IMG/VR virus record: IMGVR_UViG_3300025127_000009
Location: 32,001-96,000 of that record
DNA length: 64,000 bases
Source: a virus
Reading direction: 5' to 3' (one strand)
Shown: positions 29,901-38,304 of the stretch, one piece after another
How the letters are laid out: every line of letters begins with the position of its first letter
Position numbering within the stretch: position 1 is the first letter of the stretch
Position numbers and translations under genes: made by a program
The notes under the pieces: model-generated
Told to the model about the DNA's origin: nothing
The model's database searches: none
Seen by the model: only the letters and a program-made list of their open reading frames with translations

Positions 29901-32644
29901 GCTTGGCCTTCCAACAAGGAACAAAGTTCATACGGAGTTAATACAAGACTTATTTTATCTAAAAGAGTAGCAACGGAATCTTCTGATTCACTGTTAAGAA
30001 CTGAGGGTGGTAATCCCATATTTTTCAAAGTGTCTGCTGTCTTTTCGTATAGACTTGCTTTTTCTTCAGCGTTAGCAAAAGGATTGTCTTCATTCTTTTT
30101 GTTGATATCAGATAAGGCCATCGCACCAAATTTTAGTAAATCAGCACAATCAGGTAACCTTATAGAATCTAAAATCATTTTAATAAGTGCGCACAAAAAT
30201 GCCATAATCATATCTGCTATCAGAATTTTTATTTGAGGTATTATAAACTGTAATGGGTCAAAAGATGGCATCTTTGGAAGTTTTGGTAGTTTCCAATTAA
30301 ACTCAAAATTCCAAGGACCTATCATTGGAACACACTTTAAAAAGTCACAAAGTATATAAGACATGTTCCATCTATTTAAAAACTGATTCCACATCTCTTC
30401 TATGTCGCAAGGAATCTTGCCAAAATCAGGAACTAAATCTGCTGTCACAATTGATCCGCCTTTTTGTTCGAAAAAAGTAGATTCCATAAGTGAATTTACG
30501 TTTCCTTCAAGCAACTTTGCAGCCTCTTCAAATTCCTGAGCGGCTGTTAGTAAACTTCCAGGATCAAAATTTATTTTTAAATCAACTAGAGGTTCTGTCT
30601 TTTGATTAAAACTAAAAGATATTATTGGCCAATGATATTTGGCAAAAAACTCAACCGCAGGAGAAGATATTAATTCAACACAAGGATTAACAGTAGCCAC
30701 CTCGCTTGCCATCTCATCAAGCGATACTAAATAGCCCATAATTGTCGGTGAAGTAAAAGGCTCCTCACTATTAAAACTTGGTATACCAGTTGTTAGTTCT
30801 TCGACCTCTCCAGATGAATGTAGATAGTTTATTTTAATAATTCGATATCCAACAATGGTGCCGAAGGTTGGACCCTGTTTTGGTCGCTCATCTAGGTTTG
30901 GAGACAAGTCTTCGTTTTCTGGTATTGATGCTGGAATATTTTTTCTAACCGGTGCAAAGAATATCTCTATTTTGTCACTTGAAAGAGGGCTTACAAGTAT
31001 AGAATAACCATTTGCTGCCATAAAACCACCAAGCGCTACTTGAACTGCTGCGAGTCTGTCTGCTTCGCTTTCAGGGTTAAAGTACGGTGTAATTGCATCT
31101 TTAGGCTTTTTGAAAGGAGACGCTTTTTCTACTCTAGGTTTATTTTTTAGTCTGAATTCTTTAATATCTGGCGCGAATGCCCTTATCTTTTCTGAAACAG
31201 CCAGTATGTTTGGTACAAAATTGCTTAACTTGTACGTAACCCTCACTGGATTTGAAAGCGCCAATTGCATTCTTTTTGATGCCATATCTGCTGCTTGGGA
31301 TGCTGCCCAGGCATCGTTACCAGGACCACCAAAAAACCCTCCTCTTCCAGATGTTGCGTCGGCCCAAGCATTTTTTAATGCATTTTTTCCAGCCTGTTCC
31401 AGTTTTCTCTTTTGACCTTTAGCCCACTTATCAACAGAGTCTTTAAATCTTCCAGCACCATCCCTCAAAAAGTCGCTTGTAAAAGGTTTTTTTAAGTCAT
31501 TAACTATAAAATCTTTGGCCTTGTTGAACCCATCTTCTGCCTCGTCTAAAGCATTACCAATTGCTTCATAGGTTGCTGGGTCTGCTAAGTTTACAGTGCC
31601 TCCAAGACGCCCTCTTTTGCCACCCCTTATTAAATCAAAAAGATCTCTTCTTATTGAAATCTTAATAGAATAAGTTGAACTAGGCCTAAAAGTTGGGTAC
31701 ATGATTTCTGTTACTGATGCAAATATCGGGGTAGCACCTGGCGTAAGATCTTGTCCAAAGAGAACATCAATCTTTTCTCCGTTTAACTGTTCGTTTAAAT
31801 CCATCCTATCCACCGTAAAGGTGAATCTCTGATTTTGCCTAAACCTATCTGATCTGTTTTGATATTGAACTATTTTTTCATACTGTTTTCTTTCATAATC
31901 TCCATCGTCACCTATTAGTTCATATAAGGCGTCCAGCCCCTCTGTACGTGGCGCTCCATCAACAACCCAAGTTGTATCTTTGCCATAAAAATCAAAAACA
32001 TTCAACACAGCCTCGCGAAACAATCCGCCCAACTGACTTTTTATATGAGAATCATCAGTCTGTGTCCCTTGTGGTCTTCTTACTTTTGTCACATAAGCGT
32101 ATTCCACAAACCTTCCTACAATCTTTGGAGGTTCTTGTTTTTCACCGGTCGTTTCAAAAGCCCGGTGCGCCATATTTAATTCTGTTTCTGCTAGTTTTTG
32201 AAACTCTGGAGATTCTAACAATTGCTTTGCTGCTTGCATGAATCCATTATCTAACATAACAAGGTAAGTTGGCTCTCCAAATTGTCCCTGTTCTGTAATA
32301 AACTCTCCTGGTGCGTCTATTCTAAGGTCTCCAATTCTTGCGCCACCAAGAGGATTTTCAAAACCTTCAATTGTCCACCCTGCTTTTTCGTAAATTTCGT
32401 CTCTATGATTCTGTTGCCATCTTCGCAGTGCTGTTTCAGTTATAATATCAAAAGTGGAATTAACCTCAGTAATAGAGCCAAGGCCCAAATAATACTTGAG
32501 TATTTGAATTATTAACCCACTAGGGCCTCTTTTCGGGTCGATTACCTGTTCTCTTCTGATTGGCAACTCAAAAGTAAATTCGGTGGCCTGTGTGCCTCCT
32601 TCAAAATTGTAATCATAAACTATAACGTATTTTTTCTTACTCAT
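23981..32644 (-). CDS. Giant (2887 aa) baseplate-region protein with a putative N-terminal peptidoglycan-binding domain
   Basis: GLIIQILKYYLG...NSTFDIITETALRRWQQ resembles PG_binding_1. The remainder is largely helical/unknown. It lies between the spike and gp25-like genes. Confidence 0.65.
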   Translation of the reverse strand: MSKKKYVIVYDYNFEGGTQATEFTFELPIRREQVIDPKRGPSGLIIQILKYYLGLGSITEVNSTFDIITETALRRWQQNHRDEIYEKAGWTIEGFENPLGGARIGDLRIDAPGEFITEQGQFGEPTYLVMLDNGFMQAAKQLLESPEFQKLAETELNMAHRAFETTGEKQEPPKIVGRFVEYAYVTKVRRPQGTQTDDSHIKSQLGGLFREAVLNVFDFYGKDTTWVVDGAPRTEGLDALYELIGDDGDYERKQYEKIVQYQNRSDRFRQNQRFTFTVDRMDLNEQLNGEKIDVLFGQDLTPGATPIFASVTEIMYPTFRPSSTYSIKISIRRDLFDLIRGGKRGRLGGTVNLADPATYEAIGNALDEAEDGFNKAKDFIVNDLKKPFTSDFLRDGAGRFKDSVDKWAKGQKRKLEQAGKNALKNAWADATSGRGGFFGGPGNDAWAASQAADMASKRMQLALSNPVRVTYKLSNFVPNILAVSEKIRAFAPDIKEFRLKNKPRVEKASPFKKPKDAITPYFNPESEADRLAAVQVALGGFMAANGYSILVSPLSSDKIEIFFAPVRKNIPASIPENEDLSPNLDERPKQGPTFGTIVGYRIIKINYLHSSGEVEELTTGIPSFNSEEPFTSPTIMGYLVSLDEMASEVATVNPCVELISSPAVEFFAKYHWPIISFSFNQKTEPLVDLKINFDPGSLLTAAQEFEEAAKLLEGNVNSLMESTFFEQKGGSIVTADLVPDFGKIPCDIEEMWNQFLNRWNMSYILCDFLKCVPMIGPWNFEFNWKLPKLPKMPSFDPLQFIIPQIKILIADMIMAFLCALIKMILDSIRLPDCADLLKFGAMALSDINKKNEDNPFANAEEKASLYEKTADTLKNMGLPPSVLNSESEDSVATLLDKISLVLTPYELCSLLEGQASEEVLVVVLNVIQATSSSLASVLSTREDVFMFFQTLGQVVDPNMCARIKELDDVIVANDLCPPEDGTTGGGFGDSQGGGQGGERDIRKLLDDVGASPEEIAAELKKAAERRDIMKDLARTGDLSGLIPGTNYNDLKDAGLPGPYNNPMHDRLVKMSVETLIDNIKSYFDVEIAAFPNLLMSRSTKLVQPGEPRFNALDYTMYVFYLKQVDNLQQDPPLTARKIHKLKPCNVEYLDENDNQIDADPSTLAEANDFFDEMGIPENDRQYMRFYVTKAEDKEEDAEGNEFYPDVLIPSNEDEGELQFEKVQEFGELIEKYVIGYVQKYQIQDPDIMAKLKSIVKLDQTTITRKFPGSADNVRELHVRLMTEPVRGEPTRIESTSNVPARYSVGYSELPFKRGFKAKDCYRFSYSNIPSVFRSNRSYFNRVYSEDLKPEYQQFRKESLDVRSTIHQHKLLRPGGFAEILIEKYKSLGDESSQNNSFDTYNDHGSPTNTNIRPAIQGYIANPDQTLVDDAFSQFRTINGLEAINNKVLTGELAEQLLESRLSNNPLYSSVSDSINFSISQIIKQSKYFNYDELLQLKDDLTRLYFVSDVDGVPCYILNKKAIDFEKMVQEFLQGYKTEVAKIKHDPVDRDFNVNGPYEDAMISGLFKVYVTMAGLEIMLKGIFMFSSFGAERMFDQRFVMDYLVDTISNDFKNALVERKTRNQIFSILKRLTNIDDNDEALESMVLRNLDMKKMVDFVDRVFENDSSSYKEKFYNDLAKNAKHIPSATNYPKVVVQRRRENLLSESLRGVFEDYGNLPRGRTVVDDRNFGDFIYGAGDVAEVPASLMLPNLRDKFRFQGFDEETINKKINSGHFWIEKFYRIGNFEQFSSIYNEVKNYTESSTLQQYTYRKIPSLDTTGANYYSEYLSSEDLINLLYGQPNRASDEELVDSALATADRNFAEYEFIEHVFLSLLTQYFAAIETTGLVDSLKQPEPEVGLGIPPAVVPPPEPTKTVPHKESMWQSEHPNLHQIRDENCLAYQIMYDLGIAARYENSNRERLVMTGHGDPGKLTTGATNVVLAPVASTSDDPEAPMSARRLTNDDGSVRATRITTNETHWQRPYLRGVSRVRDRNSFTIEETVYANDGVTVIAEEGEISQSPYDTPREMSEGGRTSFTEFDSFYRAGSVTKEQLYDRAYRRIQPAHSTYFAYKNRYYNPSDPETSDWESRLPEFQRSTTWPRQPSSIFPENSAIQKYNTYAGRNFGDNIKDYYWFAKAFTENSNLSQEARSLPLRRKIEIFIDCLLEFAELKTYWPINDPSWQTSTGRMGLPGNRVIFRKSPDRIRLSDRDMDERTEKVHNILRFASLSVEYPNDFWPAHNRAAWWRWKTNGKISFGGYGTPKYVETDFAQKNVLDYYISRVFIPSVIPRQIITENRNAPGVLNQPTINSNYLVEDEYIVSRRQRIVNHLEENLQIGYRLMFGHKVKREEQTGFDATKINTIKPSQIYGDLFPAVEENQTLRFDPVNSGLGLASNRNVFTKKRCFLGHVDPEPVYSGGSLNESSIFYKNALKITKAHTSKIADETSFMMAPVTTEIMDNLVYSIPIDEIAKPIECFSDLLRKRTGKNTINTLSPRDAVTDNFFENIENFFNRGLFEEYEDSLLEDLLSMEVKPKREDQDEASYVKCWKIKDTKKQENNTPEEIMKPHRLMFDFLFPLDRYAAMHLMQNVLIFDSQAQTQELLTATKLFIVQNIVLMNDIVASTGFNLPKNAMATMNDNMGGGEPGIGDIWKMIWKQLAKMIPQAAFAAIRQVAETADPGYKDMKEQYMEDPCSMKSGLRPGLLGVPMRSGFSPKYKGNKLNNGFGIRKGQACKTYVPATMFPLDIIFSIALSPWPPFINFFKTAKNMITPAKHFINLFPLPGVPIPLDKSERYGQFMGPPGLLALSVGELSGEEHARLKRENGCEDQPCPEEKPEEPPEEPMGMCEDLE

Positions 32645-32650
32645 AATAAA

Positions 32651-34450
32651 CTAATTTAAATTGTTATAAGAACTTCTTATAGAAAGTTCACCACCTGCAT
32701 CTAAGTAGGTTTTTGATATAGTTTCTAGTTGCCACTTTTCCGCAAACGTAGAAAAAGCATCCAAAGATATAAGTTTTGTTAAAGATGATATACAAACAGG
32801 CAATGCAGTTGGAGAAGGCATAGTTGGCGCTCCTGGTGGAAAACTCTGTGGGTGGAAGTGTGTTGCCAAAGCCATATCAACTTCTGCCAAATTCATTATA
32901 ACAGAAGAAAGCGTTCCTATCGTTTTGTCTAAGGCATCTGACATTTCTCTCAACATCTCTACAAGATTGTTTCCTAAAATCATTGGTTGTAAATTGCTAT
33001 CATCATTACCTGCGATCAGGTCAATTCCGCGAGCATTTCTAGAACTAGTGCCACCTTGAGAATTAGGTAGTTGAGGGTGATGTGTTACTAGTTTTATCCC
33101 TGAGTCTCTGGCGATAATTCGAATTGCATCTGACTTCATCGCAATTGCGGACCTTGCTTTCATGTTTCCCACTACACCGTCTGCCAAACTAAAGTTAGAA
33201 TCTACATCTGTTTTTTGAGATATATAAATTCTAGCCGCATCACAAACCTGCTTTCCATCGCCATTAAGTGCATATCCAAATATAGGAGATGCTTTTACCA
33301 AGTTACCTTCTCTGTCATGGGATTGAGGGAATGGAGACATTCTTCCTACCACTATATCTATTGCACCCGCTTGAGTGTGACCTAAACCAGGCCCATATCC
33401 AGTTGAAATACCTGCAGGGCGATCTCGCCCTAAGACTATCCATGTGTTGTTTTTGCCACTTACGACCACATCAGACGAAATCTTTTTAAATTCTGGAACA
33501 GGCTCTGGGCAAGGCCTGTCCAAAAGTCCTGAGTTAGATGCTAATTGTGCTCTATCTAGTTCACCCCCCAGCATGCCTGATCTATCAATATTGGCTTTTT
33601 CTGTGGTTGTTGTCTCTACTGGTGCTGTTCCTGGTTTATCCGCAGGCGATCCCACATCACTTGATTTAAAATCTACACTACCTAACCCTAAATTGTTAGG
33701 ATTTAAACCGTCAGGTAAGCCCAAGTCTGCTTTCGCTGCATCAAGTATGGAGCCTGCATCGGAAATAACATTTCCCACATCAGGTGTAGATGATGCTCCG
33801 CTAGGAATATTTCCTTCGGGACTTGAAGTATTTTCGGTCTCCAATCCAAGACTCTTACCTCTGTCTGATAAGATAGATTCTTTTGAGCCTTGCGTTAAAT
33901 CTAATGGAGTTGGTTCAGGTGCAGGATATGTTTCAAGACCACCCTGACCATAAAATAAATTATTCCCGCGCAATTGCTCTAGAAAACTTTGCGTCTCATT
34001 TGCGTTTGTGGGCCTATCTGGCATACGAGTGCCGGAATACGGTCTTTGCTCCGTTGTATTAAATGTTGGTGCTGGACTTGCTTCAGATCTGGTGATACTA
34101 CCTAAAATTCTTATTTGCAAATTATTTGTAGAGGCAGCCCATTCATCATACTGTTCTTTATTGTCAAACGTTAATTCTTCTAATTCCTCCCCAGTATCTG
34201 CATTTATAACTTTAACTATATATGTTGAGTCTGTTGGTGTACCAGTTCTTTCTATTCCTGCGCTTCTAGGGGTGGGTGGATTTTCACCATATTCTGGTTG
34301 TTTAATCTCTCGACCATCACCTTGATTGTCTAATTTTAAACTTTGTCTCGGGGGATCAATCCTTGGCGCGATATTAGTTCCTGACGGTGCTAACGATTGC
34401 GTGTGCGTGGGCTTTAATCTAACTAATGCTAATCTATTAATATCTACCAT
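32651..34450 (-). CDS. Putative baseplate central spike (gp5-C/gpV/gp138-like) with a long low-complexity N-terminal half
   Basis: C-terminal beta-rich region (GKNNTWIVLGRDRP...AIDIVVGR...AARIYISQKTDVD...KSDAIRIIAR) followed by THFHP, an HxH motif like the iron-binding apex of phage spikes; baseplate context. Confidence 0.6.
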   Translation of the reverse strand: MVDINRLALVRLKPTHTQSLAPSGTNIAPRIDPPRQSLKLDNQGDGREIKQPEYGENPPTPRSAGIERTGTPTDSTYIVKVINADTGEELEELTFDNKEQYDEWAASTNNLQIRILGSITRSEASPAPTFNTTEQRPYSGTRMPDRPTNANETQSFLEQLRGNNLFYGQGGLETYPAPEPTPLDLTQGSKESILSDRGKSLGLETENTSSPEGNIPSGASSTPDVGNVISDAGSILDAAKADLGLPDGLNPNNLGLGSVDFKSSDVGSPADKPGTAPVETTTTEKANIDRSGMLGGELDRAQLASNSGLLDRPCPEPVPEFKKISSDVVVSGKNNTWIVLGRDRPAGISTGYGPGLGHTQAGAIDIVVGRMSPFPQSHDREGNLVKASPIFGYALNGDGKQVCDAARIYISQKTDVDSNFSLADGVVGNMKARSAIAMKSDAIRIIARDSGIKLVTHHPQLPNSQGGTSSRNARGIDLIAGNDDSNLQPMILGNNLVEMLREMSDALDKTIGTLSSVIMNLAEVDMALATHFHPQSFPPGAPTMPSPTALPVCISSLTKLISLDAFSTFAEKWQLETISKTYLDAGGELSIRSSYNNLN

Positions 34451-34488
34451 ATCAAGTTACCAAAACTTACTTCATAATTATAAACCAT

Positions 34489-35961
34489 TTACTTTTTAGT
34501 TTTGTTAATATTAACAAACGGTCTCCACTTGCCACCAACAGACTGAAAATCATAATCATCTGTTGGGTATTGATCTTTGACCTGGGTTGAAATTAACCTT
34601 TCTGGATCGTCACTACCAAGAGGATTACTCAATCCTAAGCCCAATCTAGCAAAATCGAAATTATATCTCAAATCTACTCTGTTTCTCTGTACCATCCAGT
34701 GATGAATTATATGTTGGTTGTCCATAGGTATTCCTCTTCTGGAACATATGTCGCCTATCAAAGAGCCCAGTGCAGAGTATTGAGCGTTTGTATACATGCC
34801 TTCACCACCATATTTTCTATTTCCAGAGCGTGTATCCATAGCAGCCTGAAGGTCTATACCTATAGACCGCATGTTTATACTATTAGGATTCCAGGGCTGA
34901 TCGTTGTCTCCTGCTGCATGACTTACAGAATACGCTTCGGGAGTAAGCGCGTACACTGTTCCTTCCTTTGTTACATAATAGTGGCTACCTATATTAGATC
35001 TCCCTATAGATTTTCTACTTTGATCGACAAAAGAACGAACTGCGCTTTCACCAGATCTCCAACCATAACCTCCGTCATGTAACACAATTAAATCATATGA
35101 AAATCGAGCGGGCTTTTTCATTCGTCTGGCTGTTTGTCCATAATAAGTCATGTCAGAATTTAAAAAGACACCATCATCCAACTCTCCGTTATCTCCACCA
35201 GTAATAGAGGGAAAGTTACCCATTCTTTGAACCAACCCACCAGGTGAGCCTGCGCCACCAGCACCAAAACCGCCGAGTCCGCCAAAGCCACCTCCGCGTC
35301 CAACGGCTCCGATACCAAGACCACCAAGACCGCCGCCTGGTGCACCACTAGAGCCCGGAGAATGCGGAGGGGGAAAAGCAGCCTTTGCGCCAACCGCCGC
35401 TGCGCTAGGCTTAGTGCTATTAGATGCTGATGAATTTTTTGCATCGTCTGCAAAACTTTCTATGAAGCCAAAATTTGTACCTTTAAATTTAACTCTAGCA
35501 ACTTGACCAGTGCGATAAATGTTAGCCGCAGAAACAGAACCTTGATCAAATATTTCGTAAAATCTACTGAGCATTGTAAAAGGTACCATTTCAGGATCTA
35601 ACATAGACAAAGATCCTCCTTCCGCTACCCCATAATGAAGAACCACTGCCACATTTTCTAAATTTCTTGCCTCTTTTCGAATATCGCCCTGCGCTGACAT
35701 GATGATTCCTGCTATTTTTGGATCTGGGATGTTGTGAATACCCTCAAAAGCAAATGATTTAAATATAAGTGCCCTTCTCTCTCCTGATATACCATCGTCT
35801 TCTCTTTGGCCTTTTGCCATCTCGCTGGTCAAAGATGTAAGCGCTGATATAGGCTTTTCATTATCATCAACTACTATTGAATTAAAATTTAATTTTGAAT
35901 CATTAGAATCAATGTCAAAGAATCTTCTTACAACTCTGTCTGATGGCTTTTCTGCTGGCAT
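34489..35961 (-). CDS. N-acetylmuramoyl-L-alanine amidase (Amidase_2) fused via a Gly-rich linker to a possible OB-fold-like N-terminal domain
   Basis: LIVLHDGG...SHYYVTKEGTVY...HAAG...NMRSIGID...AQYSALGSLI...IIHHWMV, a T7-lysozyme/PGRP-type amidase pattern; GGGLGGLGIG...GGAGSPGG linker. Confidence 0.85.
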   Translation of the reverse strand: MPAEKPSDRVVRRFFDIDSNDSKLNFNSIVVDDNEKPISALTSLTSEMAKGQREDDGISGERRALIFKSFAFEGIHNIPDPKIAGIIMSAQGDIRKEARNLENVAVVLHYGVAEGGSLSMLDPEMVPFTMLSRFYEIFDQGSVSAANIYRTGQVARVKFKGTNFGFIESFADDAKNSSASNSTKPSAAAVGAKAAFPPPHSPGSSGAPGGGLGGLGIGAVGRGGGFGGLGGFGAGGAGSPGGLVQRMGNFPSITGGDNGELDDGVFLNSDMTYYGQTARRMKKPARFSYDLIVLHDGGYGWRSGESAVRSFVDQSRKSIGRSNIGSHYYVTKEGTVYALTPEAYSVSHAAGDNDQPWNPNSINMRSIGIDLQAAMDTRSGNRKYGGEGMYTNAQYSALGSLIGDICSRRGIPMDNQHIIHHWMVQRNRVDLRYNFDFARLGLGLSNPLGSDDPERLISTQVKDQYPTDDYDFQSVGGKWRPFVNINKTKK

Positions 35962-35963
35962 AC

Positions 35964-36260
35964 CTAATCCTCCGAATGTGAATTTATCATATCGAACAAT
36001 TCATCTCGTTCTTCGTCTGATATGGAAGTATCTTCTTGAGTTGCTGTTTTTTTATGGACTAATGTTGCAATTTTAACTAGTTGTTCGTTTGACCTTTGAA
36101 GGGTTTCTAAATATTTTGCCGCAACAATTCCGACCTCTCTGTGTCTGTCATCGCCAATTTGCATATACTTCATCAAACTCATTAGAAGAGTTTTTGTAGC
36201 GGCTCTATCTTCTTTGACGTTTCTAGTTGCTTCTGAAATTAGATCTTTTACATCTGACAT
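35964..36260 (-). CDS. Hypothetical helical protein
   Basis: 98-aa ORF abutting its neighbours, in the sense direction. Confidence 0.6.
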   Translation of the reverse strand: MSDVKDLISEATRNVKEDRAATKTLLMSLMKYMQIGDDRHREVGIVAAKYLETLQRSNEQLVKIATLVHKKTATQEDTSISDEERDELFDMINSHSED

Positions 36261-36274
36261 ATAGTAATTATGAA

Positions 36275-36979
36275 TTAATTTAATTTATCACCGCGATCAT
36301 ATTTTATAATAAAATACTTATACCGTTCTCTCATTTTATTCAGGGTGTTGACAATTTGCTTTGTTTTAAGTCCGGTAATTTCTCTGAGATACAAATAGAC
36401 AGCCTTTTTGTTCAAAATATCAATCTTATCAACATTGTCTAATAAAATTTTTACAGCGGCTAGTACTTTTTTTTCATTCTCTTTAACAAAGAGGTTCGAA
36501 TCCTGCCATCGCTCTACTTCATTTTTTAAAGAAAGCCAGAACTCTTCTCTAGATCTTTTTTGTAAATAAGTATAATCAGTGTAAACCAATCTTTCATGCA
36601 TATTTTCATGAACTATATCATCATAAGGGATCTCTCTTTTTGTTCTTGTGGAATTCTTTTTAAATTTGTGTATAAACCAATGTTTCGTAATTACTGAAAA
36701 ATAGGAAAAAGCCTTTGACCCTCGGTTGGGGTCGTATTTGCTTAATATTGTTGTTAACCAAACTTTACAATCTTCTTTCAAAATATCAATGTTTGGGATA
36801 TTTGTAAACTTGTAAGTATAAATAATTTTATCTACCATCTCACTGAAAGCAGGCTGGATAAATTCAATGTACAGTTCTTCTCTCTTTTTTGAGCAATCGG
36901 TAAGACAATATTCCACTATCGCTTCTTCATGTACGCTGGTAAAATAATAATTCTTTTTTGCTTTTTTATCTCTGGGCAT
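36275..36979 (-). CDS. Phage RNA polymerase sigma factor, T4 gp55-like (late)
   Basis: KYDPNRGSKAFSYFSVITKHWFI matches the sigma region-2-like motif of gp55-type factors (FDP.K..N.FAYFT.I....F); YFT-type N-terminus. Confidence 0.75.
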   Translation of the reverse strand: MPRDKKAKKNYYFTSVHEEAIVEYCLTDCSKKREELYIEFIQPAFSEMVDKIIYTYKFTNIPNIDILKEDCKVWLTTILSKYDPNRGSKAFSYFSVITKHWFIHKFKKNSTRTKREIPYDDIVHENMHERLVYTDYTYLQKRSREEFWLSLKNEVERWQDSNLFVKENEKKVLAAVKILLDNVDKIDILNKKAVYLYLREITGLKTKQIVNTLNKMRERYKYFIIKYDRGDKLN

Positions 36980-37271
36980 CTTCTTCCATCACTGGCTCCT
37001 CCTCCGAAGCCAAAGTTAATAAATCTTCATGTGCCTCTATTTCCTCCAGCACTTCTTTTGAATGAGCGATCATTGCCTGAAGTGTTTGATCTCCATAAAA
37101 CATTTCTGACTCATGTATTAGTTCTACATGCTCTCTAAACTTAGATAAGATTTCTTGCAAAGTGCCCAAGTTTACAGATACAATGTATAACTTTCGAGCA
37201 GCCATGCCAGCGTATACAAGCAAAAACAAATTTGCTAACAGAGAGGCAGACAATATTGCTGTTTCATACAT
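36966..37271 (-). CDS. Small membrane-anchored coiled-coil protein
   Basis: N-terminal hydrophobic helix (AILSASLLANLFLLVYAGMAA) followed by an acidic helical region. Confidence 0.6.
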   Translation of the reverse strand: MYETAILSASLLANLFLLVYAGMAARKLYIVSVNLGTLQEILSKFREHVELIHESEMFYGDQTLQAMIAHSKEVLEEIEAHEDLLTLASEEEPVMEEDAQR

Positions 37272-37522
37272 TATCTGTAAGATTCCTTGAGTTTTTGTTT
37301 CTCTTTTTTAAGTTCTGCTTTAGAATCTTCAATATGCTTTTTAACAATATCACCTGTTTTTTCCTTAAAGTTATCTTTGTCTACTTTTTTACTGATATTG
37401 GGTACAATTTTACCTATTTTGTTTGACTCACAATATATACAATTCTCTTGCGAATCATTCATACCTATAAAAACCTCAAAACGTTTTCCACAAGAAAAAC
37501 ACTCATAATCGTAAAGTGGCAC
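37271..37522 (-). CDS. FmdB-family zinc-ribbon protein (probable GTG start at 37522)
   Basis: PLYDYECFSCGKRFE...CIYCES, the canonical FmdB MP.Y.Y.C..CG..FE...C..C pattern. Confidence 0.85.
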   Translation of the reverse strand: MPLYDYECFSCGKRFEVFIGMNDSQENCIYCESNKIGKIVPNISKKVDKDNFKEKTGDIVKKHIEDSKAELKKEKQKLKESYR

Positions 37523-37523
37523 G

Positions 37524-37754
37524 TTAATCACTTCCAACTGTATTTTCTGATTCTTCGATGTCATATTCATCTTCTTCGTTATCAGGTGTAACGGGCGAAT
37601 TTTGAATTACAGGCGGGTTTTGTACAACAACTTCCTCTTTGTCGTTTAAAACTAAATCAAACTCCTTCAAAATAGGCACAATGTCTACTTGGTGCATTAA
37701 AGAGTTTTGAAGTGCCAGCATTATGGCTCCTAGTGCCTGATCAGATAATTTCAT
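37524..37754 (-). CDS. Hypothetical protein
   Basis: 76-aa ORF (MKLSDQALGAIMLALQNSLM...) tightly packed in the operon. Confidence 0.6.
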   Translation of the reverse strand: MKLSDQALGAIMLALQNSLMHQVDIVPILKEFDLVLNDKEEVVVQNPPVIQNSPVTPDNEEDEYDIEESENTVGSD

Positions 37755-37758
37755 TATA

Positions 37759-38304
37759 TTAGTCCTCCGGGTGTGTATGTTTAAAAATAAAACTTATTAG
37801 TTTTCTAATAGATTCTTCAACACTTTCTTCATTTGTGTTAATTATAAGATCCGCATTAGATGGTTTTTCATATGGATCTGATATACCTGTAAAATTACGT
37901 ATTTTATTCGGATCATCATCTGGCAATAGAGCCCTTTTGTATAAACCTTTAGGGTCGCGTCCCACAAGAGTGTCTAGGTCACAATCTACAAAAACTGTTT
38001 TTGCCAACGAATTGTTCTCTAGAACTTCTTTTCTAATATCATCATAGGGGTTGATGGCAGACATGATGCAAATAACATTATTTCTAGAAAGTACTTTACC
38101 AACAAATGAAAGTCTTCTGATATTTGTGTTTCGATCTTCTTTTGAAAAACCTAAATCTTTACACAAACCCTCTCTGTACTCATCGCCGTCTATAACCTCT
38201 ACGTTATAACCCATCTCTTTGAGTGTTCTTTGCACTCCAAAACCAATAGTTGATTTTCCTGCTCCACTTAAACCAGTCATTTGAATAAAAATTCCTTTCA
38301 TCAC
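37759..38304 (-). CDS. cysC: Adenylyl-sulfate (APS) kinase
   Basis: TGLSGAGKSTI P-loop, IDGD, LGFSKEDRNTNIRR, SAINPY, GLYKRA, FTGISDPYEKP, the full CysC motif set. Confidence 0.95.
   Translation of the reverse strand: MMKGIFIQMTGLSGAGKSTIGFGVQRTLKEMGYNVEVIDGDEYREGLCKDLGFSKEDRNTNIRRLSFVGKVLSRNNVICIMSAINPYDDIRKEVLENNSLAKTVFVDCDLDTLVGRDPKGLYKRALLPDDDPNKIRNFTGISDPYEKPSNADLIINTNEESVEESIRKLISFIFKHTHPED

Noticed and set aside
33444-33947. 167-aa plus-strand ORF, and the many other short plus-strand ORFs in the track
   Set aside because: They are antisense to long, motif-bearing minus-strand genes; their composition reflects the complementary codons.
35200-35420. GC-rich Gly repeat as a foreign insertion or collagen-like repeat
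   Set aside because: It lacks Gly-X-Y periodicity and is best explained as a flexible Gly-rich linker in frame within the amidase gene.
19832-35961. Bacterial T6SS/eCIS locus beside a chromosomal capsule cluster
   Set aside because: No Tss/Afp core genes and no wzx/wzy/kps genes or housekeeping context are present; the phage-type sigma factor and hypothetical proteins fit a phage better. It cannot be fully excluded because capsid and terminase genes are outside the window.
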